Below, piece after piece: positions 21,494 through 32,319 of a stretch of DNA of 39,366 nt (its first letter is position 1; every line of letters starts with the position of its first letter). This stretch comes from Asterionella formosa. Lineage: Eukaryota. The notes beneath the pieces were generated by a model. It saw only the letters and a list, made by a program, of their open reading frames with translations, was not told the DNA's origin and searched no databases. The position numbers and the translations under genes are program-made. The DNA lies in assembly GCA_002256025.1 (NCBI GenBank), contig NKIB01014066.1, forward strand, positions 1-39,366, written 5' to 3'.

Positions 21494-21899
21494 AACTTGA
21501 TAATCTTGTGATGATGATCCATGGTGATAATGTGGATGCACAAAGTGCAATCAAAATGATGTGAAGAATCAGAAAAAAACCATGACCAATCTATTGCCAA
21601 GTGTCACCCCCAAGTATACTCTACCAATACGTAAACATGGTAAATGCCTACATATATGTGTATATATATTTAATAATCATTCCGTTTTCTCCGACAACTT
21701 AACTTGCAATCATGATGCTGTGGCGAATGTGTCATATATATTTGTATGACTACCGTAATACCAAAAAGAGTCCATGGACTAAACTGACTACTTGTCTAAA
21801 GTTGGTATTGGTATTAGTCTACATATATTTTTTTGTCTCTTTTTCTCATTTCTTCGTCATGAGCCATTTGAAAACTAAAAGCACAATATTCAATATTTA

Positions 21900-23330
21900 G
21901 GGAGTCCTCCATTTTTTTCTCCACCATACTTTTGCCAGGCAAGCTTGATGTGAAGAAATGGGAATCAACTTCTAAAATTGAAATAAATTCTACTTTTTAG
22001 TTAAGTTGCCAGGATGATGAAGAAAATAGCGAAACCAAAAAAGTGGGGAAAGGGCCCCAGTCATGACGATGGTGGAAAGCTAGCTATGTGCCTTGTGCAA
22101 AACTCCCAAATATTTTATGTGTACCGAAAAAATAACACAACATAAAATATTTTATTTATTGGTATGTATTTTCTTTGTATATTACTGTTCCTTGTAAAGA
22201 ATTATTGTCACATATATTCATACAGCAACATGAAAATTGCGGATAACATTCGTGATGACGAAATCCTTATCCTTAGAGGTACCACCATTGGAAGAAGCTG
22301 AGAGCAGCATGCCCGCTGTGGGGCAATCATGAGGCCTTATGATTGTGTTTGACTAAAGTCATCATTGGTCCCGATTAATGGAGCTAATCTGGCAGGTATC
22401 AAGGATGTTCTCATCTTTGATGGGATGGAACTGTGCACAGTTGGTTTCCTTGTTGGCAACAATATTGCAGCTTTGAAGAAATCAAGTGACAAGTTTCTCA
22501 ACAAGTTTTCTCAAGTCATTGAGCTGTATGATTCTAGTGAAGATGCGTATAAATCGACCAGGAAATGACGAAGATATGCACAAAGAAAGGAGATTTCGCC
22601 ACCCTGATGCTGAACCAAATCGACACAGCGGCCTACATTGCCACTTGACTAATAGAAATTTACATTGCCACTTGGCTACTAATAGAAAATATATCACCAA
22701 GGGAGCGATATCTCATACTCTTTTTCAGAAAAAAGTGTTCCTTCTAAAGCAGGATTGATAAAAGATGGTTAAATATGCAACATAGAAATATGCAATTAAA
22801 TCTTTGAAGGTAAAATTTATTTTCAGATTTTGTCATCAAATCAGAGAAGGGAGAGATAACTCACACTGATCAGTTATTGTAACCTACATTTATTTGAAAT
22901 TTTTGTAGCCCATTTCAGAACAAGAGCTTTATTTTGAACGCATGAGTAAGTTGTGGTGCTGCCTGGCTGATGCTGGTGTTTTGCAGTCATTTAAACGGCT
23001 CCGTGCTGGAACAATTGAATTGTGCACCATGTGTGTACTATCATCAGCTGACCTGCTTTGATGGCAATCGATGATAACATGTCATTGGGACCATCAAAGA
23101 AAACATTCAGTAAGAAATCATATTTCATCATGTATGCTGTAATGGTTTTATAGATAATTGCCAGTATTCTTATTCATAGGTTCATGCACTGTTTTTTGTC
23201 TACATTAATCAAGATTGTTAAATGTATTGTGAGCTTTTCTGCACCAATCAAACCATTAACATTACATAGGGTGCTGGCACGAGCCACAATCTGCTAAACC
23301 AATAGAAATACCTCTATTATTTGGCTACGG
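21900..23330. mobile_element. Degenerate two-ORF DNA transposon relic, probably PIF/Harbinger-like
   Basis: Plus-strand remnant GRS*EQHARCG...DGMELCTVGFL...FSQVIELYDSSED resembles an accessory ORF I recall from diatom/oomycete Harbinger-like elements. A convergent broken minus-strand frame lies at about 22690-23110. Boundaries approximate. Confidence 0.45.
22634..22690. repeat. Local tandem duplication (~27 bp)
   Basis: TACATTGCCACTTGACTAATAGAAA followed by TACATTGCCACTTGGCTACTAATAGAAA. Confidence 0.85.
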
Positions 23331-23368
23331 TGAGAGTCTAATCAATCAAATTCCTGGTATTTGGTCCG

Positions 23369-23429
23369 TAAGGGTGTCATTCTCGACCAAGACCAAAGAA
23401 TATTTGGTCTTGGTCGATACTATGCCTAA
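23369..23429. repeat. Perfect 15-bp inverted repeat; mini Tourist-like MITE candidate
   Basis: TCGACCAAGACCAAA (23383-23397), 5-nt loop, TTTGGTCTTGGTCGA (23403-23417); flanked by TAA|GGG...GCC|TAA. Confidence 0.7.
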
Positions 23430-23788
23430 AATATTTTTGCTTTTCCGACCAACATGACACATCATGACGTGTAATTTCCCACAACTTCAATTGGCTTGTT
23501 GCTATTTGGTCGGCGCGGTGGCGATGCTTATGTATATATAAATTGCTATTCCTCTTTATCCCCAGTATATACTATAAATAGAACTCATGCATTTTTATAT
23601 TTTTGAAAACCGGAGAAATTGGTCAAGAATTTACCTCGTAAGCAAAGGATTATATTATTAGCTAAATATGTTGCCTTTCTGCCTTCGTAAAAATGCAGAA
23701 AATGTGTGTCAAGGAACAAAATTGGTCGAGATTTGATTTGAAGAAACGGATACCGGCATGACCAACTGCGGTCCTGCCGCTGTCCTAT

Positions 23789-25078
23789 ATGCAATCAATG
23801 AGGCTCAAATCACTCTTATTCGTTATTCTTCCGTACGTTGCATCATGGAAGTTTACAGCCATTCCTCCGTCCACAAACCCTTCTTCGAAGCTTAATCTGC
23901 AGCTGATTGACGAACTGGCGAATACCCTGTTGGTACGGGAAATTCATGTCGAGGATGGGCGCATACTATTTGAGCCCTCCATCGAGTCCCCATCCTTTCA
24001 TTCATGGTCAAATGCCTTTGACTCGGGAGTTCGATCCATTAGAGTCCTTGCAAATTCCTATTCCAACGTGACTGGTACTGAATGTGAGAAAGAAATCGTC
24101 CGACTGGCACTGGACAATCTACACTGGGCCCGGGTCTTGAGCATATGGCAAGACTTTGGAAATGTACTCCCACACCAGGACGATATAAGGGTGCATGTTA
24201 AGTGCAGAAAATGGCACACGTCGGTGTGCCGAGACTTGTCCTCCACAGAATTGACCAATACCCTTGCCAAAGCGCTTTCCCATGAAACTGGTTGGTCGTC
24301 CACCTCGAAACGAAATGCACATTTCGAAGTACAGCTACTGTTATATTACACGCACATTGCCTTAGAATTGGTAGTATTGAACCGTCCCACTTGGACCAAT
24401 GAACTACCTCATCCGGGTATGAAGCGAGTGGAATCGTTTTGTGTGGCCAAGTCTGCAGAAATCAAGACTGGGTCTGTTGTGCTGGATCCCATGTGTGGAC
24501 GAGCCACTTTCTTGGTGGAGGCTGCTATCTTTTGGCCTCAAGGAGGAAGATTCATTGGCGTAGATAGGTCACATGACCAATTGAAGGATGCAAAAATCAA
24601 TTTGAATTCTTGCAACTTGGACCAAGCAGTCGAATTGCACCATGGAGACTCTCGTCATTTGGCCATGCTCGAAAACGAAACAGTTGATACAATAATTTGT
24701 TGCCCGCCCTTTGGTCGCCAATTTGAACAAGATACCAATGATTCCTTCCGGGACCTACTGCTTGAATGGTCCCGCGTACTAAAGGCAGATGATGGCAAGA
24801 TGGTATTGCTAATCGACGAGGAAAATGTGAATGCGTTGACCTGCGCTATTCAAAACGCAAACTGTTCAGTATTCAGCATTCGCCATTCGTTTAGATTGGG
24901 CAAGCTGCAAGCGACGATTGTGATTGCTCATAAATTGAAGGTAGCGTCGATGTGTCTGCCAAATCGAACGAGACTTTCATGGGAGAACGAATCTCCACTA
25001 CTGGAGAAGGACAGAGCCCTTTGGTCGAGAATACGGACCAAAGCACTACCTGCGCTAGTTCCTGTACACTCTGGATAG
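23789..25078 (+). CDS. THUMP-domain RNA (guanine-N2)-methyltransferase-like protein (THUMPD2/3, Trm14 family)
   Basis: SAM motif VVLDPMCGRATFLVEAA, GVD, LHHGDSRHL and motif IV variant CPPFG. The N-terminus is signal-peptide-like. Confidence 0.8.
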   Translation: MQSMRLKSLLFVILPYVASWKFTAIPPSTNPSSKLNLQLIDELANTLLVREIHVEDGRILFEPSIESPSFHSWSNAFDSGVRSIRVLANSYSNVTGTECEKEIVRLALDNLHWARVLSIWQDFGNVLPHQDDIRVHVKCRKWHTSVCRDLSSTELTNTLAKALSHETGWSSTSKRNAHFEVQLLLYYTHIALELVVLNRPTWTNELPHPGMKRVESFCVAKSAEIKTGSVVLDPMCGRATFLVEAAIFWPQGGRFIGVDRSHDQLKDAKINLNSCNLDQAVELHHGDSRHLAMLENETVDTIICCPPFGRQFEQDTNDSFRDLLLEWSRVLKADDGKMVLLIDEENVNALTCAIQNANCSVFSIRHSFRLGKLQATIVIAHKLKVASMCLPNRTRLSWENESPLLEKDRALWSRIRTKALPALVPVHSG

Positions 25079-25212
25079 AACTAATGGTGGTGATTTTTTA
25101 AACTCTTTGAATGTTCCAGTATTCTATCGGTACTCTTATTAATCGACGCGCGAATGGCAAACTGCAATTATCATCGGCCATTTCAAGGCGTTGGTCTAAA
25201 AGGGTTGCTTCC

Positions 25213-25738
25213 CTAATTCCGAGCAAAACTCTCTTGTGGCGATGCGTTCGGACCTAGCTTCTTCCGGTTAGCAGCTGTGTAGGAAATAGAGTCGCCATCG
25301 AGCATTCGCAGCAAGTGAGGTCGTTGCTTGTGCTGGAGTAGAGTCGATTCCAATTCCATGTAACCCTTTTCAACCAACATTTCCAAGACACGTTCGTCTC
25401 GAATGTAGGCATTCTCAAGAAACATTTTTCGAACCTTGCCCTTGACTTCCGGAGCAGGCATGTCAATATCGAAAATAGCCATGATACGGGGCACCTCTCT
25501 AATATAAATATAATGAAGTGGGTGAGCGAAAGCATAAACGTTTCGCATCTGTAATTCTAGAAGTCCGCATCGGGGATTCGTCCATAGAAGGGATCAGATT
25601 TCGAAGCACAGGTTGTGCATTGTTCTACAATCTTTCTTTCTATTGGCTCACTCACTTGCAAATACTGCGATAAAGAGTCTTGGGCTTATGAACGCCCACA
25701 AGGGCTCGAGCCTTGAGCGCCAGCTGAAGTTCGGCCAT
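25213..25738 (-). CDS. NDUFA6: Complex I LYR-motif subunit B14; complement(join(25213..25498,25656..25738)), 122 aa
   Basis: Splicing GTGAGT...TTAG gives TLYRSICKEVPRIMAIFDIDM...F..NAYIRDERVLEMLVEKGYMELESTLLQHKQRPHLL. Confidence 0.88.
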
Positions 25739-26060
25739 GTTGATTGTTTCCGTGCCAGTAGAAAATGGGTGCAGCGTGTTACTAGCGGTATGTAGGTTTG
25801 ATATAGGGTATGCCTGTGGGCTTGGTGTGCGGGCATACGCAGCGGTATGCGGGTATGTAGGACGGGCTGTTTTCTACCTCTAAGAATACCGATCTGCTAC
25901 AGCTATTTATGTAGCATGTCGTATCATTTTCGAAAAGTGGAAGATCTGTAAGAATGAATTAGGTACGTCAACACCGATGTACATTTTCCTCGATGTTGTG
26001 GGTAATGATAACGGTAATATTTTTTTGTAAAGATATTTGACAAACACGCCCACCATCGTG

Positions 26061-26943
26061 ATGGGGTTTTCTATTATTGGCTCTTTGCTGATTCTATCAG
26101 CCTCGCACTCTCACGCATTATCACTTAGAATGTCTGGAGGACTGGAGCAGGCCGCGAATTTCGCGGTTCGCCAGTCCCCGTCATCAACGCGATTTGTCAC
26201 AAACAAAATGTGTCCATACGCACAGAAAGTTTGGATTGCGTTGGAAGTAGTCAAGGCTCCCTACGACATGGAAGAAATCAGTCTATATGGTCCGGATGGG
26301 AAGCCAGATTGGTAAGTTACTATAACCTAAACATTTTCTCGACGTGGTACATACCCTTGGAACTTCAGCTCTGTCGAGAGTTCCTGATGTCTGCTACGGG
26401 GTACTATTCAGAGTACTTTATGTGTAAACAGTTTCGCGTAGTACCAACGGACTTCAAAATACTCACAGGTTCTGGGAACTAAACCCAGCGGGAACAGTAC
26501 CAGTATTGGAATGTTATGGTGGGGCGGTGGTGATTTCAGATTCAGACTTGATTCTTGATCAAATAGTGAATGGCGTTGTCGAAGGAGGGAATCGTCTGGC
26601 ACCAATCGAGGGCGATAATGCTGACCTTGTCCGAGAATGGAGAATTAGAATTAATGAAATGCTGCCGATCGGTAAGGCAGCAGTTCATGGTGACAAGATT
26701 CAGAAAAATAAACTAACTGTCATACTTCAAGATTTGGATGGTCGCGCCAAGGTTGGATCCTACCTTTGCGGAGATGAGGTGACGCTGGCAGACTGTGGAG
26801 CCTTTCCCTTTTTGTGGCGATTGGATAGCGAACTCGATCTAGAAAAACTCAAATGTAACAAACTCAAATCATGGCTCAAGAAATGTGAAGAAAACCCGGC
26901 CTTTTTCACCACTATTCAGTCGAGCTGGTGGTGGTGGTGGTGA
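26061..26943 (+). CDS. Cysteinyl glutathione S-transferase (Omega/Lambda-like), predicted plastid-targeted; join(26061..26311,26469..26943)
   Basis: CPYAQK active site. Splicing gives KPDWFWELNPAGTVPVL; also SDSDLIL and YLCGDEVTLADC. Signal peptide SHA|LSLRMS. Confidence 0.9.
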
Positions 26944-27718
26944 AATTGCTGTTCCTGGATGGTTTCTTCTTTCCTTTTACATCTAGATCGAGTACCGGTA
27001 ATGATGGTCACGATATTTGACTGCATGCACTTCTGATGGCATGCGATGAACGAATATACACAATAGGCTTTATTCCTTGTTTCTGGGACTCTGGCAACAG
27101 GACCATCATGGGCTTGCTTTCGCAACTTACACTAGATGTATTTAGTCACACTTCCGGTACCATTGAGAACATGTATGCATATATGCTAGAAATTCCAAAT
27201 ATTCAACATAATTCGATGTAGTAACTGCTCTGACTGGAAACCGAGATAGATTGAGAACACTTGATATAGCGTGATCATCCTACAAGGCAAGATGTCAAGA
27301 TAAAAGGTGGTCGTTAGGGGGAATTTGGTGACAAGACGGGTTTCACTATGTGTACGTATTAGAAAAATAAGGATACTATATAAGTGGAGTTCATGTCGAA
27401 CTCCATTTGAAGTCAAAATGACAGCAAATTTCCTTTCTCACAAGAAGCGAGCTTTCTCTTCACAGTTTTGCTGGCTAGATAACTTGCAAGCTTCCATGTC
27501 GTAGTGTTCCTTCTGTAAATCAATCCCATTTTCTTTCGTTTTCCCGTGTCACAGGAAGCCCTCATCATTCTCCAATCTCGTATTCATGACTTTATGAAGC
27601 ATAATTTCCTGCATTATTTGAATTTTAATTGATAAATAATTAGAGGCTTATTTATACTATTAATTTAAGAGCAAAGTGGAGAGGGACATGATCTGTTGAC
27701 AAAACACTGCTCTGGACG

Positions 27719-28552
27719 CTATGTGCAAGACAACATGACGGTGTCTTTCGACAGATTTCCTTCTGGACTCGGAACATCCAAACATCTATTGTTTGGCTTG
27801 AATGCCCCATCTGTTACGTACTGTTCCGCCCACTTTTCTTCCATTACATCTTGCAATTCATCCCTTGCAGCAAGATGATCTGCAAAAGCCATAGACAAGG
27901 CATACAATTTGCTAGCATTGCTCAATCTCTCGCTACTCCTGCGTATGACTTCCATCAATTCTTCCCAATCCAGCCCATCTGGATTTTCATATTGTATGTC
28001 TAATACAGCGTCAATGACTGCTAATCGACATTCTTTGCGTATCTTACTAACTTGAGGAATACTCCACCGCTCCAGCCCTCGTCGTGAGTGGGCGACTCTA
28101 GCCCAATGAGCTAGTTTCTCCAAGTCATGTTCGGTGGGTCCCTTCATTTTGCTAGAGAGACAAGCAGAAAAGACGCGAGCCACAACGTTACTATACGCTG
28201 AGGGATTTCCCTTTGGATCGCAGGGTTCTCGTTTTTGAATGGCCTTGGCTATATTTTTGGCAGTTGCTTTTTGCGAATTATATTCGGACGGCTGCCACCA
28301 TTGCGTTAGCTTTTCGAAGTCCGTCATCTCTGAGGAAGGAACGAGCAGAGGACCTACGATTACATGAGGAACAGAGTCTGTTTCGTCGTCGTACTCAAAA
28401 TGAACTCGTCGCTCTGACTTGAACTTGGTACAATCTGGGTGTCTTCGTGAGATGAAGCAGGATTTCACGACTGTGGATGTCGGTGAAATATCCATCTCGA
28501 AGTCATTGTCTATTTGCATCATTTGGGTGCCCTCCGGACTCGTGGCTCTCAT
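27719..28552 (-). CDS. Diatom-type protein of unknown function (RVxF ... WW ... RRGLE family)
   Basis: 277-aa ORF with RRVHF, WWQPSEY, HSRRGLER, VLDIQ and S...A..MA..D, a pattern I recognise from an expanded diatom family. Confidence 0.75.
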   Translation of the reverse strand: MRATSPEGTQMMQIDNDFEMDISPTSTVVKSCFISRRHPDCTKFKSERRVHFEYDDETDSVPHVIVGPLLVPSSEMTDFEKLTQWWQPSEYNSQKATAKNIAKAIQKREPCDPKGNPSAYSNVVARVFSACLSSKMKGPTEHDLEKLAHWARVAHSRRGLERWSIPQVSKIRKECRLAVIDAVLDIQYENPDGLDWEELMEVIRRSSERLSNASKLYALSMAFADHLAARDELQDVMEEKWAEQYVTDGAFKPNNRCLDVPSPEGNLSKDTVMLSCT

Positions 28553-29404
28553 GGAAATTGGAAATTTCTTTGTAATGCCTGACGACAGGACAGGAGCTCT
28601 GCCTCGTCTGTTGCGTTGTGTCTAGCGATTGTCGCTGTGACAAGCTCAGAATGTCCCGTATTTTAATAGCTGATTGATGTTGCTTTCGCAGAAGATCAGA
28701 ACGAATCAAGCGGTATTGGGACTTAGCCAACGGTGTTCCCGCTTTCAAAATCGAGTTTCGGGATTGGGGGCTTGTTAAGGTGGGGGATGCGAAAAGGCCG
28801 TTCAACTGGCGACTGTTGTGTCACGACTATACAATCGTTGCGCTTTTGGACAGCAGCACGAAATACGAAATTTCGCGAGTGGATCACGAGTGTTGCATAG
28901 AAAAGACACTAGACATTTGCTTACAAGATATTTGAGATGTCCACCAATGCCTGAATCTTAAAATGTATTCGAATATGAATACTTCGACGATATACCGGGT
29001 CATACTAACCTTTCATTTTCTGGACAGTTCCGGACATCGCAGGTGCTGGCAGTTCAAACTGGTCGCTAGTTTATTAGGGCTTTTCTTGACGATGCAGAAC
29101 CTGCTCATGGAACTTGGCCAATCAAAAACGTACACTGAGAAAAATTAAAATGAAAAAAGAAATCTAATTCGGCGTCCAATAAATGAGTTGTGTCCTCATG
29201 CAAATCTGTCCGCAAATGTCCTAGAAATAGCCTATTCCATAAAAACGATAGCCTAGCATCTTCGAACCTTGGCTGTTTTCAACCTTGCTTTGCTTTGCTT
29301 CCCTTCGTAATTTGGACTTTTTCCTTTGCATTGGTCTTAATTAGGAACTTATTTAGCAAGGTGAACAGCAGTATTTTGTCGATGATGTGACAAATAGTAC
29401 AAGC

Positions 29405-29480
29405 TTTTTTAGGGTTACCAAAACCATAACACTGTTTGGTTCTCGTTTGGTCCACCGTTAACGTTTTATAGCATTGGCCT
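29405..29480. repeat. Second copy of the repeat end at 2286-2351
   Basis: TTTTTAGGGTTACCAAAACCATAACACTGTTTGGTT...TTTGGTCCACCGTTA vs TTTTTAGGGTTACCGAAACCTAAACACTGTTTGGTT...TTTGGTCCAACGTTA. Confidence 0.8.
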
Positions 29481-29672
29481 TAAAATTACTGGCTCAAACG
29501 ATGGGGATTTTCCATCCATGTACCCGTTAGGTACCAGCAGCTTCCTATATTATACCTTTTTTCTACAATATTTTCATCAATATAAATATGTTGGCATACC
29601 GGTAGTCTACTAAAATACAGGTGGCTGAGCTGTTGCTTCGCCAAAAAATGTGACGGTGCTGTAACTATGGAC

Positions 29673-29788
29673 TACCATGTACCGTGGTACCTGGTACCGT
29701 ACCGGTATGTACCGGTAGTCGCGAGCCTAAAATACAGAAGCAACCAGTATATGACTTTTTGTACTACCCTAGTACCTGGTACCAGGTA
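29673..29788. repeat. Chain of TA-CC..GG-TA palindromic units (putative stacked excision footprints)
   Basis: ta-ccatg-ta-ccgtgg-ta-cctgg-ta-ccg-ta-ccgg-ta-tg-ta-ccgg-ta, and ta-cctgg-ta-ccagg-ta. Confidence 0.75.
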
Positions 29789-30209
29789 GCATGCATGTGC
29801 GGGAATGTATCTGGACATTCATGCAATGTAAGAAGTACATGCATGTTGTATATTTGTTCATACATTCGTCACACACTCATGGCTCCTGGCTGAATATGTT
29901 CCATCAATACCCTAACCCTAACAGTGTGTAGTCTACCGGTACTGTGTACCAGTAGTCGCTCATCAATTTTATAAGACATATCTTAGGTTTACAGGTCTTG
30001 TAGGCATGAATATATATGTATTGCAGTCAAACCGGTTTATATGTATTCACATCGCAGGCTTGAACAATTTTACGAAAAATGAAGAGTTACAGTGGCTGTA
30101 TATGCAATGGTCCCTGCCTTGATCGCAAAGCTCAAGAATCCCTAGAGGCGACCGTGTATATGAAATCACTACCTGGTATCTCCAATTGCATATTACCTGC
30201 GATCTAGGA

Positions 30210-31409
30210 ATGGGAAACTCTCAATCGATCTCGCGAGAAGAAAAGCGTCGAGAAGAACAGCGTCGGCGTGAACTTTATGAACATGGAGTCTTGATTCCTC
30301 CCTCCTTTGGTGTAGCAGGCAGTGATACGCCTCCTTCTGCTGTCCTTGCGAGAACCCCGTCACTTGTTTCTGCACTCCAGCAAACGTCATTGTCGTACCA
30401 GTTGCTTCATTACCATACATATCCCGGAGTTTGGTTGAAGGCCAAGGCGAATAAAGGCGGGTCGATTCTGGCATCGACCTCGGTTCCTTCCGACCGAGGC
30501 TATCAAGAAGGATTGTTGTGTCTTACACAGCGATTCGCGGATCGTGCTATGTTTGAACTCAGGTCCCCATCCATTGGGACGCCCACCTTGTATGGGAGTG
30601 TAATGTGCAATTCCACTTTGACAGCATCCACGCAAATGGATACGAAAGGTCTAGGGTGGGCGGCTGTACATCTGGATTTGAGCGGATTGGCGAATCAGTG
30701 CTTTTTGCCTCCTAAAAAGAATCATTTAGGCTTTGAGAATTCTCTTAAAGAATCTCAGCGTTCACTGTATCTGGGATCATGGACCAATGTACGACAATTT
30801 CAAACTCCGATTTCAGTTACTGGCTACGCAGCCTACCAAGTCCCAGGTGTGACTCTCGCAACCGAAACAACCTTTCCCTTTTCCAGCCTAGAACCCCAGT
30901 TATCATGCCATTTATCATGTGAATTGACGGACAATGGTCCACCTGTGGTTGTGAATATCTCAAAATCTCCCCATCAGACGAGTCTTTCCTTTTCGCAAGT
31001 AGTGACCTTTGATCGCTATCATGTCAATTTATTTGATGATCGAGCCAATAAAGTTCGCAATACACTTGGTTGGACAGTTGACATGAGCAAGAATGATGCC
31101 GAATCGATGACGCAACTATCTGCTGGGGTGGCATGGCAAGTCAATCGAGCCTTAGCACTCAAGGCAACTCACAAAAATGGGAACTTGACTGGTGCAATAG
31201 TATTCAAACGATGGCAGCAGCCTAGAGTCACATGTGCCTTGTTGTTTGCAACGCCACAGCAAAAAGGAAAAATTGCATTTTATGGTTTTGGGATTGAATT
31301 TGAAACATTTGCAAGAAATGATGATGGTAGTCTGTATGGCATGACAGAGGATACAAGGGTTCGACTTTCAAGTGATTCACCACTGACCAAAACAGAATTA
31401 TCTGAGTAG
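30210..31409 (+). CDS. Predicted beta-barrel outer membrane protein, plant mitochondrial OM47 (At3g27930)-like
   Basis: MGNSQS start, VLIPPSF...LART and amphipathic beta strands. The C-terminal SFSQVV...AWQVNR...LK...FKRWQQP...YGFGIEFE matches the OM47 pattern as I recall it. Confidence 0.7.
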   Translation: MGNSQSISREEKRREEQRRRELYEHGVLIPPSFGVAGSDTPPSAVLARTPSLVSALQQTSLSYQLLHYHTYPGVWLKAKANKGGSILASTSVPSDRGYQEGLLCLTQRFADRAMFELRSPSIGTPTLYGSVMCNSTLTASTQMDTKGLGWAAVHLDLSGLANQCFLPPKKNHLGFENSLKESQRSLYLGSWTNVRQFQTPISVTGYAAYQVPGVTLATETTFPFSSLEPQLSCHLSCELTDNGPPVVVNISKSPHQTSLSFSQVVTFDRYHVNLFDDRANKVRNTLGWTVDMSKNDAESMTQLSAGVAWQVNRALALKATHKNGNLTGAIVFKRWQQPRVTCALLFATPQQKGKIAFYGFGIEFETFARNDDGSLYGMTEDTRVRLSSDSPLTKTELSE

Positions 31410-32319
31410 TCAGGAAAAGGTGCTGATTTATTGAATAAAAAACCCTAGTATTTCTACATATGTCATGAACTGAAGCATTGTGACTAATAATACAACACCT
31501 AAAGGGCCATAAAAAATACTGTAAATCACTGCTGATTGTGAGAAAACAGCCTTTGAAACAAAGATTGACCTTATTATTTTTGCTATAATACTGTTGTGAT
31601 ATCTCCATTACTCTCACTACCAATTTCTGGACTGTTATAATATAATAATAATAATAGATTGAAAAGGTATCACAATAAGCAAGGTGTGTACAAATCTATT
31701 TTCTTTGGAAGCTGAAGAGGTCAAGATTTCTACAGGCAAGAAGATGATGGTATTTTGACATGAATATCAAACAAAGGACAAAAAGAGGCAAATATTTATT
31801 TATACTACAGGAAAGACAGCATCAGTGGTTACTAAGCTTCCTAGGTATGGAAATTTATCTACATGGGAAGATAAATGTGTTTCATTGAAGAGGCTGCTAA
31901 GTGGAAGTAAGGGTCATGAGGATGGTCAAAAATTTGCAATTGTCATGTGATATCATCTAGTGGTAGTAGCACTTCACCTCAACTGTTAGAGAAAGAAGTT
32001 TCTATGTGTACTAGTCTAGCAGAAGAATTGAATCCATGACAAAGGAGAAGGACAACTGAAGAACAAAGAGGAGAAGAAAAAGAAGTAATTAATAAATTCA
32101 GAATGCTGCAGCAAGTGCTGGGAATAAAAGCTTAAGGGGGTACTGATGTTTCATCAAAACTAGCTACTGCTTCATCGTCCCAAGTCAAAGACTGAGAACT
32201 GAGCAACGACATCCAGGTAGAGGACTCATCATTTGAGTCATCATTCCCCCTGCAACAATCATCCACTTAAACTATAGAAATAAATGAATCAATTAGTCAC
32301 TGTTAGTAAATGAATGCAA

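Noticed and set aside
25499..26468. Both neighbouring introns are 157 nt (introner-like?)
   Set aside because: No sequence similarity or terminal repeats visible; treated as coincidence.
29673..29788. CRISPR array or prokaryotic restriction-site system (AgeI/KpnI/SexAI-like palindromes)
   Set aside because: No constant repeat-spacer structure, no cas or R-M genes, and the context is eukaryotic.
29910..29922. Telomere or interstitial telomeric array (CCCTAA)2
   Set aside because: Only two units; compatible with chance.
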